Assembly (NCBI GenBank): GCA_041172145.1
Contig: JBEDKL010000005.1
Coordinates: forward strand, 297-64,296
Source of the DNA: Actinomycetota bacterium
GTDB lineage: Bacteria; Actinomycetota; Actinomycetes; Nanopelagicales; Nanopelagicaceae
Reading direction: 5' to 3'
Length of the DNA stretch: 64,000 nt
Under the pieces are notes generated by a model. It was not told where the DNA came from and ran no database searches. It saw only the letters and a list, made by a program, of their open reading frames with translations. The position numbers and the translations under genes were made by a program. Every line of letters begins with the position of its first letter. Positions within the stretch are counted from its first letter, which is position 1. Shown here in pieces: positions 1 through 10,918 of the stretch.

Positions 1-1
1 C

Positions 2-259
2 CAGCTTGTTCCAAGCGATGTCATCTCCGTCTTCTTCACCTCAACGGTGGATCTCAACGCCGCCTTTCCGGCAGCTGCCTGTCGTGAGATGGGTTTTGCC
101 AATGTGCCGCTTATTGGCTCCGTTGAGGTCGATGTTCCCGGTGCCTTAGATCGCACAATTCGAGCGATGCTTCACGTTGAAACCACCAAGAGCCCCGATC
201 AAATTTCACATATTTACCTTCATGGCGCGGCCGCATTACGCCGAGATATCGCTCAGTAA
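2..259 (+). CDS. aroH: Chorismate mutase, AroH class (5'-truncated by window edge)
   Basis: Frame is open from base 2: DVISVFFTSTVDLNAAFPAAACR...HIYLHGAAALRRD; lies directly upstream of prephenate dehydrogenase. Confidence 0.9.
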   Translation, partial: QLVPSDVISVFFTSTVDLNAAFPAAACREMGFANVPLIGSVEVDVPGALDRTIRAMLHVETTKSPDQISHIYLHGAAALRRDIAQ

Positions 260-1311
260 TGCTCACAAAGGTTCGAATCGTAGGTGCAGGTCTGATCGGA
301 ACATCGATCGGGTTGGGCCTTGTGCAAGCAGGTGTCAAGGTTGAGATGGTCGACACCGATTCAGAGAGCCAAGCTCTAGCGATGGATCTCATTGGGGGAG
401 AGCGCATCACCCAACCAGATCTAGTGATCTTTGCCCTGCCAAGCTCTCGACTTTCTCTGGTCATTAATGAGGAGTATGAATTAAACCCACAGTCGACATT
501 TATGGATGTTGGTAGCGTTAAGAATGATGTTGTACTTGAGGTTGAGACAGTTTCAGCTCTTTCTACTCGATTTGTCCCTACCCATCCCATGGCAGGCCGT
601 GAAATTGGCGGTGCAGGGGCTGCACGGGCCGATTTATTCCAGGGTCGCAGTTGGATAGTTACGCCTAGCGCCGATCTAGCCCCAGAATCGCGAGCCGTGG
701 TTGAAGAGTTGATCGAGAAGCTGGGTGCAACATCTATCGAGCTGTCGCCTAAGGATCATGATCGAGCGGTAGCAAAGATTTCGCACATGCCGCAGATTGC
801 AGCCTCGCTTCTAGCCAAGCAGCTAGCCGGAACACCGGCTGAGTGGATGGAGTTAGCGGGGCAAGGGCTTCGCGACACGACGAGGATCGCGGGTTCAGAT
901 GAATCTCTGTGGAAGGAGATCATTTACTCAAACCGAGGCGAACTACGAACTTTGCTAATAAATCTACAAAACGATCTTCAAAGGATGATCGATTCTCTGG
1001 ATGACCCAGCACAGATCGCGAGTCTCATTGCTGCAGGTCGTTCGGGTAAAGCTTTGATTCCGGGCAAGCATGGTGGCAAGGCGCGCGAATACTCGTACCT
1101 ACCGATTGTTATCGATGATAAACCTGGCCAATTAGGTGCGATCTTCAATGAATGTGCAGCAATGGATGTCAACGTTGAAGATTTGGTGATCGAGCATTCA
1201 CCAGGCCAGTTAAGTGCATTAATCACTTTAGCTTTGTCCCACAACGATGCTGAAAAACTGTCAGCTCACTTAACCTCGATCGGATGGAATGTTCATCCGA
1301 TTCGTAAATAG
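259..1311 (+). CDS. tyrA: Prephenate dehydrogenase with C-terminal ACT domain
   Basis: GAGLIG Rossmann motif, DVGSVK, HPMAGRE, HDRAVAKISHMPQ, DTTRIA; ACT domain DKPGQLG. Confidence 0.93.
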   Translation: MLTKVRIVGAGLIGTSIGLGLVQAGVKVEMVDTDSESQALAMDLIGGERITQPDLVIFALPSSRLSLVINEEYELNPQSTFMDVGSVKNDVVLEVETVSALSTRFVPTHPMAGREIGGAGAARADLFQGRSWIVTPSADLAPESRAVVEELIEKLGATSIELSPKDHDRAVAKISHMPQIAASLLAKQLAGTPAEWMELAGQGLRDTTRIAGSDESLWKEIIYSNRGELRTLLINLQNDLQRMIDSLDDPAQIASLIAAGRSGKALIPGKHGGKAREYSYLPIVIDDKPGQLGAIFNECAAMDVNVEDLVIEHSPGQLSALITLALSHNDAEKLSAHLTSIGWNVHPIRK

Positions 1312-1326
1312 AAGTAGGCTCATCAC

Positions 1327-3288
1327 ATGGGCATAGTCGTAGCAATTGATGGCCCAAGCGGGGCCGGAAAATCGAGCACTGCAAAAGCGATCGCAACCCG
1401 TGCCGGTTGGGATTACTTAGATACTGGTGCTCTATATCGCGCCGTTACTTGGTTAGCTCTTGAATATAAATGCGAAGAGCCGTTTTCTATTTTGCAGGCG
1501 ATTAAGGATCACCCAATCAAATTTGTAGCTGATCCAACTGCGCCAAATATTTTTGCTGGTGAAACACAGATTACGCATGCGATTAGAGGAACATCGGTTA
1601 CTGAAAATGTATCTCGCATTAGCGCGATGCCTGAGATTCGTCGTGAACTCTTAAATCTTCAGCACCGAATTATTGATGCTGCTGAAAGAGGAATTGTTGT
1701 CGAAGGGCGCGATATTGGAACAGTAGTTGCGCCAGAAGCAGGCTTAAAGATTTATTTAACCGCTGATTTAGATGCACGAGCAAATCGTCGTGAGAACGAA
1801 ACAGAGGATAAAAGTGTTGATGTTAAACAATCTCTTGATAATCGCGATGCGATCGATTCAACACGTGCTGTATCACCGTTGGTAATGGCTGCAGATGCGG
1901 TTGAAGTTGACTCTACTTATCTAGATTTAGATGAAACAATCGAACGAATTTGGGAGCTTTTAAAGAAGCGTAATTTGCTGGGTTTACCAATCGTTGCAAT
2001 CTTGGGTCGTCCGAATGTTGGCAAATCTACTTTGATCAATCGTTTCTTAGGACGACGTGAAGCTATTGTTGAAGATACACCTGGTGTTACTCGCGATCGT
2101 GTTCAGTATGAATGCGAATGGGGCGGTCGACGTTTCATTATTATGGACACCGGTGGTTGGGAAGCAAAGCCTGATGGAATTGCGGTTCAGGTAAGCGCAG
2201 GTTCCGAATTAGCAATGCAAGAGGCCGATGTACTTTGTTTTGTAGTTGACGCACAGGTGGGTGCGTTGGATGAAGATGATTCACTAGTGCAGCACCTGCG
2301 CAAAGCTAAGAAGCCGACAATTTTGATTGGTAACAAGGTAGATGGGGAGCGTGAAGAGGCTGAAGCACATGGATTGTGGAGCCTTGGTTTAGGTGAACCA
2401 CGTTTTGTTTCTGCACTTCATGGACGTGGCAGTGGCGACTTGCTCGATCACATTGTCAGCGTTTTGCCTGAAGTTGGTCGCGCGCAGAATCAGGATGGTT
2501 ACCGCAAGGTTGCATTAATCGGTCGTCCTAATGTTGGAAAATCATCGTTGTTTAATGCGATCGCCGGAGAATCTCTGTCAATTGTTGATGATGCTGCCGG
2601 AACAACTCGCGATCCAGTTGACTCTTTGCTCTCCTTTGGTGGATCAACTTGGAGATTTATCGACACCGCTGGTTTGAAGAAGAGAGCAAACCAGGATTCA
2701 GGAACCGATTATTACGCATCGTTGCGCACCGCGACAGCGCTAGAACGTTGCGAGGTAGCGGTAGTTGTATTGGATGCTTCTGAACCAATAACTGAACAAG
2801 ATTTGCGCGTCATCACAATGGTGGAAGAGGCCGGTAAGGCCATGGTTATTGTGATGAACAAATGGGATCTAGTAGATGAAGATCGTCGCAACCAGTTAGA
2901 CCGCGAGATTGATCGCCACCTTGACCAAGTTGAATGGGCGCAAAGAGTAAACATTGCCGCCAAGACTGGATGGCACCGAGATCGTTTGGCTCCAGCTTTG
3001 CGTACCGCGCTAGATAGTTGGGAACGACGAGTACCGACGGCAAAGCTCAACTCATTCCTTGGTGCCCTCATCGGAGCGACCCCGCCACCTGTACGTGGTG
3101 GAAAGCAGCCAAAGGTTTACTACGCAACGCAGGCGGGTATTGCACCTCCTAAATTTGTGGTGTTTTCTAGCGGCTGGATAGAAGCCTCTTACCGTCGCTT
3201 TATTGAGCGACGTTTGCGTGAGGAGTTTAAATTCCCGGGAACCCCGGTTCAGGTAGCGGTACGAGTCAAGGAGCGCGACAAGGAATGA
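1327..3288 (+). CDS. cmk-der: Bifunctional cytidylate kinase / ribosome biogenesis GTPase Der (fusion)
   Basis: N-terminal [19 protein letters not shown] and EGRDIGTVV (Cmk), then two GTPase domains (GRPNVGKS twice, NKVD/NKWD) and a KH-like C-terminus (Der). Confidence 0.95.
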   Translation: MGIVVAIDGPSGAGKSSTAKAIATRAGWDYLDTGALYRAVTWLALEYKCEEPFSILQAIKDHPIKFVADPTAPNIFAGETQITHAIRGTSVTENVSRISAMPEIRRELLNLQHRIIDAAERGIVVEGRDIGTVVAPEAGLKIYLTADLDARANRRENETEDKSVDVKQSLDNRDAIDSTRAVSPLVMAADAVEVDSTYLDLDETIERIWELLKKRNLLGLPIVAILGRPNVGKSTLINRFLGRREAIVEDTPGVTRDRVQYECEWGGRRFIIMDTGGWEAKPDGIAVQVSAGSELAMQEADVLCFVVDAQVGALDEDDSLVQHLRKAKKPTILIGNKVDGEREEAEAHGLWSLGLGEPRFVSALHGRGSGDLLDHIVSVLPEVGRAQNQDGYRKVALIGRPNVGKSSLFNAIAGESLSIVDDAAGTTRDPVDSLLSFGGSTWRFIDTAGLKKRANQDSGTDYYASLRTATALERCEVAVVVLDASEPITEQDLRVITMVEEAGKAMVIVMNKWDLVDEDRRNQLDREIDRHLDQVEWAQRVNIAAKTGWHRDRLAPALRTALDSWERRVPTAKLNSFLGALIGATPPPVRGGKQPKVYYATQAGIAPPKFVVFSSGWIEASYRRFIERRLREEFKFPGTPVQVAVRVKERDKE

Positions 3289-3857
3289 GCTCATCTGTGA
3301 TTAGCGTTCCTAACGCTCTCACCTTTCTGCGTTTCCTCGGCATTCCATTGTTTATCTACCTCACCCTGTCGCTAGAGGCAGATGGTTGGGCGATTGTTGT
3401 CCTGGCCATTGGCGGTGCGACCGATTACTTTGATGGAAAGATCGCTCGAGCCTGGAATCAAACCTCTCGCTTTGGTGAGTTGGCAGATCCTGCCATCGAT
3501 CGTCTCTACATCTTTGCGACTTTGGTCGTCTTTTTAATTCGAGATGTTGTTCCAGTCTGGATGATCGTAATCATCATCGGAAGAGATCTGATTTTGGCGG
3601 TTATTACTATTGTTATGAATCGCCGCGGCTTTGCTCCATTTACAGTTACATACCTTGGCAAGTCGGCAACCTTCAATCTGCTCTACGCCTTCCCATTTCT
3701 TCTGTTAGCCCAATCAGATGGGGCTTGGGGGAGCATCGCATTTGTCGCGGGGTGGAGTTTTGCTATCTGGGGCGTTGCCCTCTACATTTCAACCGGTATT
3801 AGTTATGCGCGCGAAGGTATTTCGCAGATGAGAGGAAACCATGTCATCAATTCCTAA
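3285..3857 (+). CDS. CDP-alcohol phosphatidyltransferase family protein (PgsA2/cardiolipin synthase-like)
   Basis: PNALTFLR and the DYFDGKIAR...G...DPAID signature; hydrophobic. Confidence 0.88.
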   Translation: MSSSVISVPNALTFLRFLGIPLFIYLTLSLEADGWAIVVLAIGGATDYFDGKIARAWNQTSRFGELADPAIDRLYIFATLVVFLIRDVVPVWMIVIIIGRDLILAVITIVMNRRGFAPFTVTYLGKSATFNLLYAFPFLLLAQSDGAWGSIAFVAGWSFAIWGVALYISTGISYAREGISQMRGNHVINS

Positions 3858-4215
3858 TGAGCTTTCATACACAAAGGAACATGAGTGGGTCTCTGCGCAG
3901 GATTCAACCTACACAATGGGTATCACTGATTACGCACAAGCAGCATTGGGCGACATTGTCTATGTTCAACTTCCAAAGGTTGGAGAAACGGTAACTGCAG
4001 GAAAGGTCTGCGGTGAGGTTGAATCGACCAAGAGTGTTTCAGAGATTTATGCACCTGTTACAGGAACTGTTGTTGCAATTAATGATTCTTTATCTAATTC
4101 TCCTGAAAGTATCAATTCTGATCCATACGGCGCTGGCTGGCTGGCAAAGATCGAGGTTTCAGCAGCACCATCAGAGCTATTAACCGCTGCTCAATACGGC
4201 GAAATCACGGCTTGA
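3841..4215 (+). CDS. gcvH: Glycine cleavage system H protein
   Basis: YTKEHEW, GITDYAQAALGDIVYV, lipoyl-lysine motif ESTKSVSEIYAP, NSDPYGAGW. Confidence 0.96.
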   Translation: MSSIPNELSYTKEHEWVSAQDSTYTMGITDYAQAALGDIVYVQLPKVGETVTAGKVCGEVESTKSVSEIYAPVTGTVVAINDSLSNSPESINSDPYGAGWLAKIEVSAAPSELLTAAQYGEITA

Positions 4216-4240
4216 CCTTATCCGCCTAACTCTCTAGTGT
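4212..4240 (+). promoter_or_regulatory. Housekeeping-sigma promoter for the FHA/ftsR operon
   Basis: TTGACC (4212-4217) - 17 bp - TAGTGT (4235-4240); SD GGAGGT at 4261-4266. Confidence 0.6.
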
Positions 4241-4260
4241 CACCCTTAAGTTGACGGTGA
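4240..4260. promoter_or_regulatory. Imperfect palindrome, putative MerR/FtsR-type operator
   Basis: TCACC-cttaagttgac-GGTGA directly after the -10; resembles the motif at 5976-5999. Confidence 0.45.
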
Positions 4261-4272
4261 GGAGGTAGGGCA

Positions 4273-4722
4273 GTGGCTGCAGAGCAATCACAGAACGAGC
4301 TCACTACCACCATCCACCTAGGTCTACGTGAGGTTTCAAATCCTTCAGAAAAACATCTTGAAGAACAACTCGCCCTGCTTTCCCCGCAGGACCGAGAGGT
4401 TGTAGCCGAAATTCAAAACTCCGGCGGTGAAAAAGCGATGATTCTAATCGCTCGTGGAGCCAATAAAGGCTCTCGATTCTTAATCACCTCTGAGGGAGTA
4501 GTAATCGGTCGTTCAAGTGATTGTTCGGTTTTTCTAGATGATGTAACGGTTTCACGAAAACACGCAAAGATCTCTAAGCAGGGCAAGCGTTTTGTTCTCA
4601 AGGATGAAGGTTCTCTCAACGGAACTTACATCAACAATATTTCCATCACAGAGCATGAACTTGTTTCAGGTGATGAGTTTCAAGTAGGTAAGTTCCATTT
4701 GCTTTTCGTCGGTTCCAACTAG
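4273..4722 (+). CDS. FHA-domain protein, GarA/OdhI-like
   Basis: IGRSSDCSVFLDDVTVSRKHA and SLNGTYIN FHA motifs; N-terminal Thr cluster (ELTTT); position between gcvH and a MerR gene. Confidence 0.85.
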   Translation: MAAEQSQNELTTTIHLGLREVSNPSEKHLEEQLALLSPQDREVVAEIQNSGGEKAMILIARGANKGSRFLITSEGVVIGRSSDCSVFLDDVTVSRKHAKISKQGKRFVLKDEGSLNGTYINNISITEHELVSGDEFQVGKFHLLFVGSN

Positions 4723-4732
4723 GGGAGTAGTC

Positions 4733-5458
4733 ATGGCAGTTCCAGCACGTGCATATTTGAGCATCGGTGAAGTCCTTAACCGTTTACGTGGAGATTTTGC
4801 GGATATAACAATCTCAAAGATTCGTTTCCTTGAATCTGAAGGGTTGATTGAGCCGCAACGAACACCATCTGGTTACCGAAAGTTCACAACCTCAGATCTA
4901 GAGCGTCTGCGTTATGTACTGCTTGCTCAACGCGATCAGTACCTGCCTCTTAAGGTGATCAAGGAAAATCTTGATGCTATTGATCGTGGTCTTCAGCCAG
5001 CTGCGGTAGGTGGAGTACCCGCGCCTCGTCCAACAATTGGTCTGGCAACTATCGATGGCGAAATGGCACCGAGTGCATTTGGCGAAGTTAGCGAAATGCG
5101 CCTTTCACGAGAAGAGCTTTTGAAGAACAGCGGTCTCGCAGAGGATCAGTTGGTTGAGCTTGAAGGTTATGGATTAATCACAGCTCGTGGCCGTCATTAC
5201 GATGGCGATGCGCTGGCGATTGCTAAGGCGGTAACTGAGATGGGCGGTTTTGGAATCGAAGCTCGCCATCTACGTTCATTTAAATCGGCGGCAGATCGTG
5301 AGATTGGTTTAATCGAGCAGGTCATCACACCGTTGACTCGCCAAAAAGGCGCTGAATCAAAGGCTCGCGCTGAAGAGGTTCAGAAGGAGATCGCATCTCT
5401 TTCAATTCGTTTGCATGCCGCACTTGTTCGCGGTGGCCTCAACCGTCTTCGCTCATAA
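4733..5458 (+). CDS. ftsR: MerR-family regulator, FtsR-like
   Basis: LSIGEVL...ISKIRFLESEGLIEPQRTPSGYRKF; FHA-MerR-nuclease-MerR order typical of actinobacteria. Confidence 0.8.
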   Translation: MAVPARAYLSIGEVLNRLRGDFADITISKIRFLESEGLIEPQRTPSGYRKFTTSDLERLRYVLLAQRDQYLPLKVIKENLDAIDRGLQPAAVGGVPAPRPTIGLATIDGEMAPSAFGEVSEMRLSREELLKNSGLAEDQLVELEGYGLITARGRHYDGDALAIAKAVTEMGGFGIEARHLRSFKSAADREIGLIEQVITPLTRQKGAESKARAEEVQKEIASLSIRLHAALVRGGLNRLRS

Positions 5459-5481
5459 TCGTTAATCGGGCGAAAAAAGGT

Positions 5482-5967
5482 ATGTTGATTCCTATGGAGG
5501 TTATTGGCGTTCGCGTCGAGATGCCATCCAATCAGCCAATCGTTCTTCTCAAGGAGATTGATGGCACCCGTTTTTTGCCGATCTGGGTAGGAGCGGTTGA
5601 GGCGACAGCCATCGCCTTTGCCCAGCAGGGGGTCGAACCACCAAGGCCGCTGACCCACGATCTCATGAAAAACTTGGTAGAGCTCTTTGATGCGACCTTG
5701 ATCGCGGTTCATTTAACTGAGATTAAGGATGGGGTTTTTTACGCAACCCTGAACCTACGTGATGGCTCAGGGGAGCCGTTAACTCTCTCAGCCAGACCAT
5801 CTGATGCGATCGCATTAGCTGTACGAACCCACAGCAACATCTTGGCCACGGAGGAGCTACTCAACGAGGTCGGGGTTGAGATCCCACAAGGCGAGGGCGA
5901 CAACCAAGAAGTGGAGAAATTTCGGGAGTTTTTGGATCAAATCAACCCCGAGGATTTCGCGGGCTAA
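5482..5967 (+). CDS. Bifunctional nuclease family protein (DUF151)
   Basis: LPIWVG..EA.AIA, RPLTHDL, ARPSDAIALA, FREFLDQINPEDF. Confidence 0.9.
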   Translation: MLIPMEVIGVRVEMPSNQPIVLLKEIDGTRFLPIWVGAVEATAIAFAQQGVEPPRPLTHDLMKNLVELFDATLIAVHLTEIKDGVFYATLNLRDGSGEPLTLSARPSDAIALAVRTHSNILATEELLNEVGVEIPQGEGDNQEVEKFREFLDQINPEDFAG

Positions 5968-5975
5968 GGCCACAA

Positions 5976-5999
5976 ACCCTCAACCTCAAGTAGAGGTTT
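5976..5999. promoter_or_regulatory. Putative FtsR/MerR-type operator
   Basis: ACCCTC-AACCTC-aagta-GAGGTT-T with a perfect inner inverted repeat; lies upstream of promoter TTGTTT(6015)-N17-TACATT(6038). Confidence 0.55.
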
Positions 6000-6076
6000 G
6001 CCTCGTGTCGGTCATTGTTTACCCGTAGCTCTAGCCTTACATTTATCTCACTCCCCAAGAGAAATGAGCTTTCCCC

Positions 6077-6577
6077 GTGTCCCCAGAAGAGATGGAAATC
6101 GGTTACCGAGGCGCTACAGCTTGCTCGGCCGCTGGAATTAGCTACCGTCAATTAGATTATTGGGCACGTACAGGTTTAGTTGAGCCAAGTATTAGAACCG
6201 CAAGTGGTTCGGGAACGCAACGTCTTTATGGCTTTCGCGACATCTTGGTTTTGAAGATTGTTAAGCGTTTATTGGATGCTGGAGTCTCATTACAAAATAT
6301 TCGTACCGCGGTAGATCACCTGCGCAGTAGGGGAGTTACAGAGCTAGAACGCATCACCTTGATGAGCGATGGCGCATCGATTTATGAGTGTGCAAGCCCA
6401 GATGAAATTATCGACTTGTTGCAAGGCGGCCAAGGCGTATTTGGCATCGCTGTCGGCAAGGTGTGGCATGAGGTTGAAGGATCTCTATCTGTACTTCAGG
6501 GTGAAGTAAATGGTCAGCCTGTAGGTGGCGAAGGTAACGATGAACTTTCATTACGTCGCAAGTTTAAAGGCGCGTAA
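6077..6577 (+). CDS. MerR-family transcriptional regulator (Rv1830-like)
   Basis: GYRG..AC.AAGISYRQLDYWARTGLV.PS, QRLYGFRDILVLKIVKRLLDAGVSLQNIR. Confidence 0.9.
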   Translation: MSPEEMEIGYRGATACSAAGISYRQLDYWARTGLVEPSIRTASGSGTQRLYGFRDILVLKIVKRLLDAGVSLQNIRTAVDHLRSRGVTELERITLMSDGASIYECASPDEIIDLLQGGQGVFGIAVGKVWHEVEGSLSVLQGEVNGQPVGGEGNDELSLRRKFKGA

Positions 6578-6643
6578 TAACACCCTTGTAAGTAGTATTT
6601 GTGCCTTGTAGTAGTTGCTACTAACTGTCGACAGGGGATTGTT

Positions 6644-9487
6644 TTGTCTCGTTCATTTGAGGATCGTCATATTGGACCAACCTCAGTGGATGAAGCAGCG
6701 ATGCTTAAGCACCTTGGGTATTCAGACCTAACCTCCTTCATCTCAGATGTTGTCCCATCAAATATCGCGATCAATGGTGTTATTGAGAAAGCTCTGGATT
6801 CTGGCAAGAGCGAGGTCGAAGTTATTGCAGAGCTTCGTTCTATTGCATCTGAGAACAAGGTTTTTCGTTCATTAATCGGCACCGGTTATTACGGAACGAT
6901 TGTTCCGCCCGTAGTTAAGCGTAATGTGTTGGAAAATCCTTCGTGGTACACCGCTTACACGCCATATCAACCAGAAATCTCTCAGGGTCGACTTGAAGCC
7001 CTCTTTGCCTTCCAAACTATGGTGTGTGAGTTAACCGCGTTAGATATTTCCAACGCATCAATGCTGGATGAAGGTACCGCCGCAGCAGAAGCGATGACCC
7101 TTGCCCGCAGAGCTTCAAAGTTAAGTGATGATGCGGTGTTCTTGATCGAAGAGCATGTTCATCCTCAAACCAAAGCTGTTGTTATTACTCGCGCAAAGCC
7201 GCTTGGAATCAAAGTTGTAGAGGTTGATTCAGGTCATGTTGCGCGTGATGGTTACGATGGTGAGTTCTTCGGAGCATTACTTCAATATCCAGATACAACT
7301 GGAACTGTTATTGATTACAGCTCTTTTGCAGATTTTGCACATTCTCGTGATGCACTAGTAATTGCCGCAACTGATTTATTAGCTCTGACCTTGTTGAAAG
7401 CTCCAGGGGAGTGGGGTGCTGACATTGCAGTTGGAACCGCGCAACGCTTTGGCGTTCCTATGGGATTTGGTGGACCACACGCCGGATTCTTAGCGGTGCG
7501 CAATGGCTTAGAACGTTCTATGCCAGGTCGCCTTGTAGGTCAAAGTATTGACGCAACCGGTAAGCCAGCTTTTCGTTTAGCGCTGCAAACTCGCGAACAA
7601 CATATTCGTCGCGACAAGGCCACATCAAATATTTGTACAGCGCAAGTTCTACTTGCAAACATGAGTGCATTCTATGCGATGTGGCATGGACCGGTTGGTC
7701 TACGAGATATTGCTGAACGAGTTCATAACTTTGCAGCTCGATTGCATGCCGCGACGGGTAATCGTGAAGATGTTGTTTTTGACACGGTTCACATCGTTGT
7801 AAAGGATGCCGAAGCGATTCATATCAAGGCAGCCGCAGTTGGCATTAACTTTGCTCGCGTTAGTGGTACCGAAATTCGCGTGGCTTTTGATGAAGAGACA
7901 ACCGAAGAACTTTTCCAGCAGGTCTTACAGATTCTTGGCTTATCTGACACAACAGGGGAGAAGATCCCTGCAAAATTTGCCCGCACTAGTAAGTACCTGA
8001 CCCATCCAGTTTTCAACACCAATCACAGTGAAACGGGAATGATGCGCTACCTGCGCAATCTTGCGGATAAGGATCTAGCGTTGGATCGAACAATGATTCC
8101 ATTGGGATCTTGCACGATGAAACTTAACTCGGTCACAGAGATGGAAGCGGTCACGTGGCCAGAGTTCTCTTCCCTTCATCCATTTGCACCTGCTGATCAG
8201 ACAATTGGTTCACGAAAACTGATTCAGCAGCTATCTGATTGGTTAGTAGCGATCACTGGATATGACGCAGTCTCTTTGCAGCCAAATGCTGGTAGCCAGG
8301 GGGAGTTCGCGGGATTGCTGGCTATCCGTAATTATCATGATTCACGGGGGGATCAATCTCGAAATATCTGTTTGATTCCATCCAGCGCTCACGGAACCAA
8401 TGCGGCATCAGCAGTGATGGCTGGCATGAAGGTCGTTGTGATCGATTGCGATGAGAACGGAAATGTTTCAGTCGATGACATCAAGGCAAGGATCGCAGAA
8501 CACGGCGATGCACTGGCTGCATTAATGATTACCTATCCATCAACTCATGGCGTATTCGAGACCGCGGTATCAGAGATCTGCGAGTTAATTCATAACGCTG
8601 GTGGTCAGGTCTATGTAGATGGCGCAAATTTGAATGCATTGGTGGGTGTTTCGCAGCCCGGTAAATTTGGCGCAGATGTCTCGCACTTGAACTTACATAA
8701 AACCTTTGCGATTCCTCATGGTGGAGGAGGACCTGGAGTTGGTCCGGTAATCGCTCGTGCACATTTAGCGCCGTTTTTACCTAACCATCCATTAGATGTA
8801 AACGCTGGTCCATCGACAGGACCTGGACCAATTTCAGCTGCACCTTTTGGTTCAGCAAGTATCTTGCCAATCTCATGGGCATACATTCGTTTGTTGGGGG
8901 GAGCAGGGTTAACTCACTCGACGCAGGTTGCAATCTTGTCTGCCAATTACATTGCTGCACGGCTTCAGGATTCATATCCAGTTCTCTACACAGGCGCTAA
9001 TGGCCGAGTTGCGCACGAGTGCATCTTGGATATTCGTGGAATCACAAAGGATTCAGGTGTCACAGTTGATGACATCGCAAAGCGCTTAATGGATTATGGT
9101 TTCCATGCACCGACTATGTCATTCCCGGTTGCAGGCACCTTGATGATTGAGCCAACTGAATCAGAGGACATATCTGAAATTCATCGTTTCATCGATGCGA
9201 TGATTTCTATCCGAGCTGAAATTCAGGAGATTATTGATGGGAAGTTCGCGGTAGAGGCCTCAGCGTTGCGCCATGCGCCTCATACAGCCCTTTCTGTGGT
9301 CTCAAGTGATTGGGATCGTGCCTACAGCCGCGAAAAGGGTGGTTATCCAGTTGTTCTGGATGGCTTAGTTGCTGGTGAATCGATTGGTTCACGGATGAAG
9401 TACTGGCCACCGGTTTCACGTATTGATGGCGCACATGGTGATCGCAATCTGGTCTGTGCCTGCACGCCGTTGGATGATTACCGATAG
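6644..9487 (+). CDS. gcvP: Glycine dehydrogenase (decarboxylating), P protein
   Basis: [33 protein letters not shown] site [15 protein letters not shown]; start placed at TTG 6644 after SD-like AGGGGA (ORF track starts at 6599). Confidence 0.96.
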   Translation: MSRSFEDRHIGPTSVDEAAMLKHLGYSDLTSFISDVVPSNIAINGVIEKALDSGKSEVEVIAELRSIASENKVFRSLIGTGYYGTIVPPVVKRNVLENPSWYTAYTPYQPEISQGRLEALFAFQTMVCELTALDISNASMLDEGTAAAEAMTLARRASKLSDDAVFLIEEHVHPQTKAVVITRAKPLGIKVVEVDSGHVARDGYDGEFFGALLQYPDTTGTVIDYSSFADFAHSRDALVIAATDLLALTLLKAPGEWGADIAVGTAQRFGVPMGFGGPHAGFLAVRNGLERSMPGRLVGQSIDATGKPAFRLALQTREQHIRRDKATSNICTAQVLLANMSAFYAMWHGPVGLRDIAERVHNFAARLHAATGNREDVVFDTVHIVVKDAEAIHIKAAAVGINFARVSGTEIRVAFDEETTEELFQQVLQILGLSDTTGEKIPAKFARTSKYLTHPVFNTNHSETGMMRYLRNLADKDLALDRTMIPLGSCTMKLNSVTEMEAVTWPEFSSLHPFAPADQTIGSRKLIQQLSDWLVAITGYDAVSLQPNAGSQGEFAGLLAIRNYHDSRGDQSRNICLIPSSAHGTNAASAVMAGMKVVVIDCDENGNVSVDDIKARIAEHGDALAALMITYPSTHGVFETAVSEICELIHNAGGQVYVDGANLNALVGVSQPGKFGADVSHLNLHKTFAIPHGGGGPGVGPVIARAHLAPFLPNHPLDVNAGPSTGPGPISAAPFGSASILPISWAYIRLLGGAGLTHSTQVAILSANYIAARLQDSYPVLYTGANGRVAHECILDIRGITKDSGVTVDDIAKRLMDYGFHAPTMSFPVAGTLMIEPTESEDISEIHRFIDAMISIRAEIQEIIDGKFAVEASALRHAPHTALSVVSSDWDRAYSREKGGYPVVLDGLVAGESIGSRMKYWPPVSRIDGAHGDRNLVCACTPLDDYR

Positions 9488-9553
9488 GAGAGGCTATTTA
9501 GGCTGAAGTAAGCCTGATCCCTTTCTTACTTTACATAATGTAACTTATCGGCG

Positions 9554-10918
9554 TTATGGGTAGGCTCGTCGGGCAATGAGCAAGAGGCTGATTAGTACGC
9601 CCACCAACGCCCAGTCGCCTGCCTTATCCCGTGGTGTTAGACCCTCAATTAATCCAACTTCAGCTCGGATTGTCTCTGCTGTACCCATAGATGTTTTTTC
9701 AACTACTTTTCCTGTGTAGTCGATAATCGCCGAGTAACCAGTTGTTGAAACTGAAGCGACATTTCGACCATGTTCAATCGCTCTAATCCTTGTTATCGAC
9801 AATTGCTGGGCACTTTCTGCAGACATCCCAAAGGTCGCACTGTTGGTCTGTACAGCTAGCAAGTTTGAACCCTTGGCAGCTAGATGAAGAAGTTGATCAT
9901 CTACTAATTCAAAGCAAATTACTGGTGCGATGGTTGCATCCTTGACCCGGAAAAAGATCTGACCTTGGCCAGATGAAAAATCGGTAACTCTGTCAGTGTA
10001 GGGCGAAATTATCGATGCCAATGAGCGCAAAGGAATGTATTCGCCAAATGGTGTTAGGTGCTGTTTTATGTAGATCGGCGGAAGATCTCCGCCCCACAAA
10101 ATAGATGTGTTGAGCAGATTGCTCGCCTTATTCATTATGGCGCCGATGATGAGTGGTTTTGTAATTGAATCTAACCCAGACTCAACATCACTGTTGAGAA
10201 ATGGGTCAACATCTACCGAGTTTTCCGGCCAAAGAATAAAGTCGACATTTGTATCCTTTTCCAACTCCATCTTTGTTCTCTGAAGATGATTATTGAAAAC
10301 CGCTTTTGCGCGAGAGTTAAACTCCAAACCTAATTGTGGAACATTGCCTTGGATCATCATGACATTGGATGCACCAATTGTTGTCAGATTAATGGGCACA
10401 AACAAGAATAAAAATGGCAACAATAATCCAAAAGAGTACCTGCGCTTAATTGCATAGAAGATAAATAAGGCGATCAGTACTGTTAGCGCCGACAGAGCCG
10501 ATGCCCCACCTATCGCCGCCATCTTTGCGTATGGCGCATCAGCTTGTGTGTAGGCAAGACGCACCCACCCAAATCCCCCAAATGGAAAACGGTTTCGCAC
10601 CTCTTCCAAGACTACGTAAATCAGCGGATAAGCGGCTAATCCCCAGCGCGCGACCAAAGCCAAAGGTAGATAAAAAATCGACATTCCTATGGCCAAAATG
10701 ATCCAAGGAATAGAACCAACAAAGGTACTGCTCCAATGCAGCACGATGAGATTCAAAGTTACCGCGAAAACAAATACTGACAATACTTTTTTCGATGAGA
10801 TAGAGAGAGCGTAGATGTGTGCTGCTAGAGCAATTGGTGCTACCCACCACTTCCCCACCGGCTCAAAGGCGGCCGAAAGAAGTGCCCCTGAAAGTGCGGA
10901 TATTAAGAGCGCTACCAA
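9554..10918 (-). CDS. lnt: Apolipoprotein N-acyltransferase
   Basis: Membrane N-terminus; PFGGFGW, QGNVP, WPENS, KQHLTPFGEYIP, ICFE nitrilase-fold triad. Confidence 0.92.
   Translation of the reverse strand: MVALLISALSGALLSAAFEPVGKWWVAPIALAAHIYALSISSKKVLSVFVFAVTLNLIVLHWSSTFVGSIPWIILAIGMSIFYLPLALVARWGLAAYPLIYVVLEEVRNRFPFGGFGWVRLAYTQADAPYAKMAAIGGASALSALTVLIALFIFYAIKRRYSFGLLLPFLFLFVPINLTTIGASNVMMIQGNVPQLGLEFNSRAKAVFNNHLQRTKMELEKDTNVDFILWPENSVDVDPFLNSDVESGLDSITKPLIIGAIMNKASNLLNTSILWGGDLPPIYIKQHLTPFGEYIPLRSLASIISPYTDRVTDFSSGQGQIFFRVKDATIAPVICFELVDDQLLHLAAKGSNLLAVQTNSATFGMSAESAQQLSITRIRAIEHGRNVASVSTTGYSAIIDYTGKVVEKTSMGTAETIRAEVGLIEGLTPRDKAGDWALVGVLISLLLIARRAYP

Noticed and set aside
111-590. 159-aa minus-strand ORF, and the many other 60-135 aa antisense or nested ORFs in the track
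   Set aside because: They overlap well-supported genes and show no domain signatures or initiation signals
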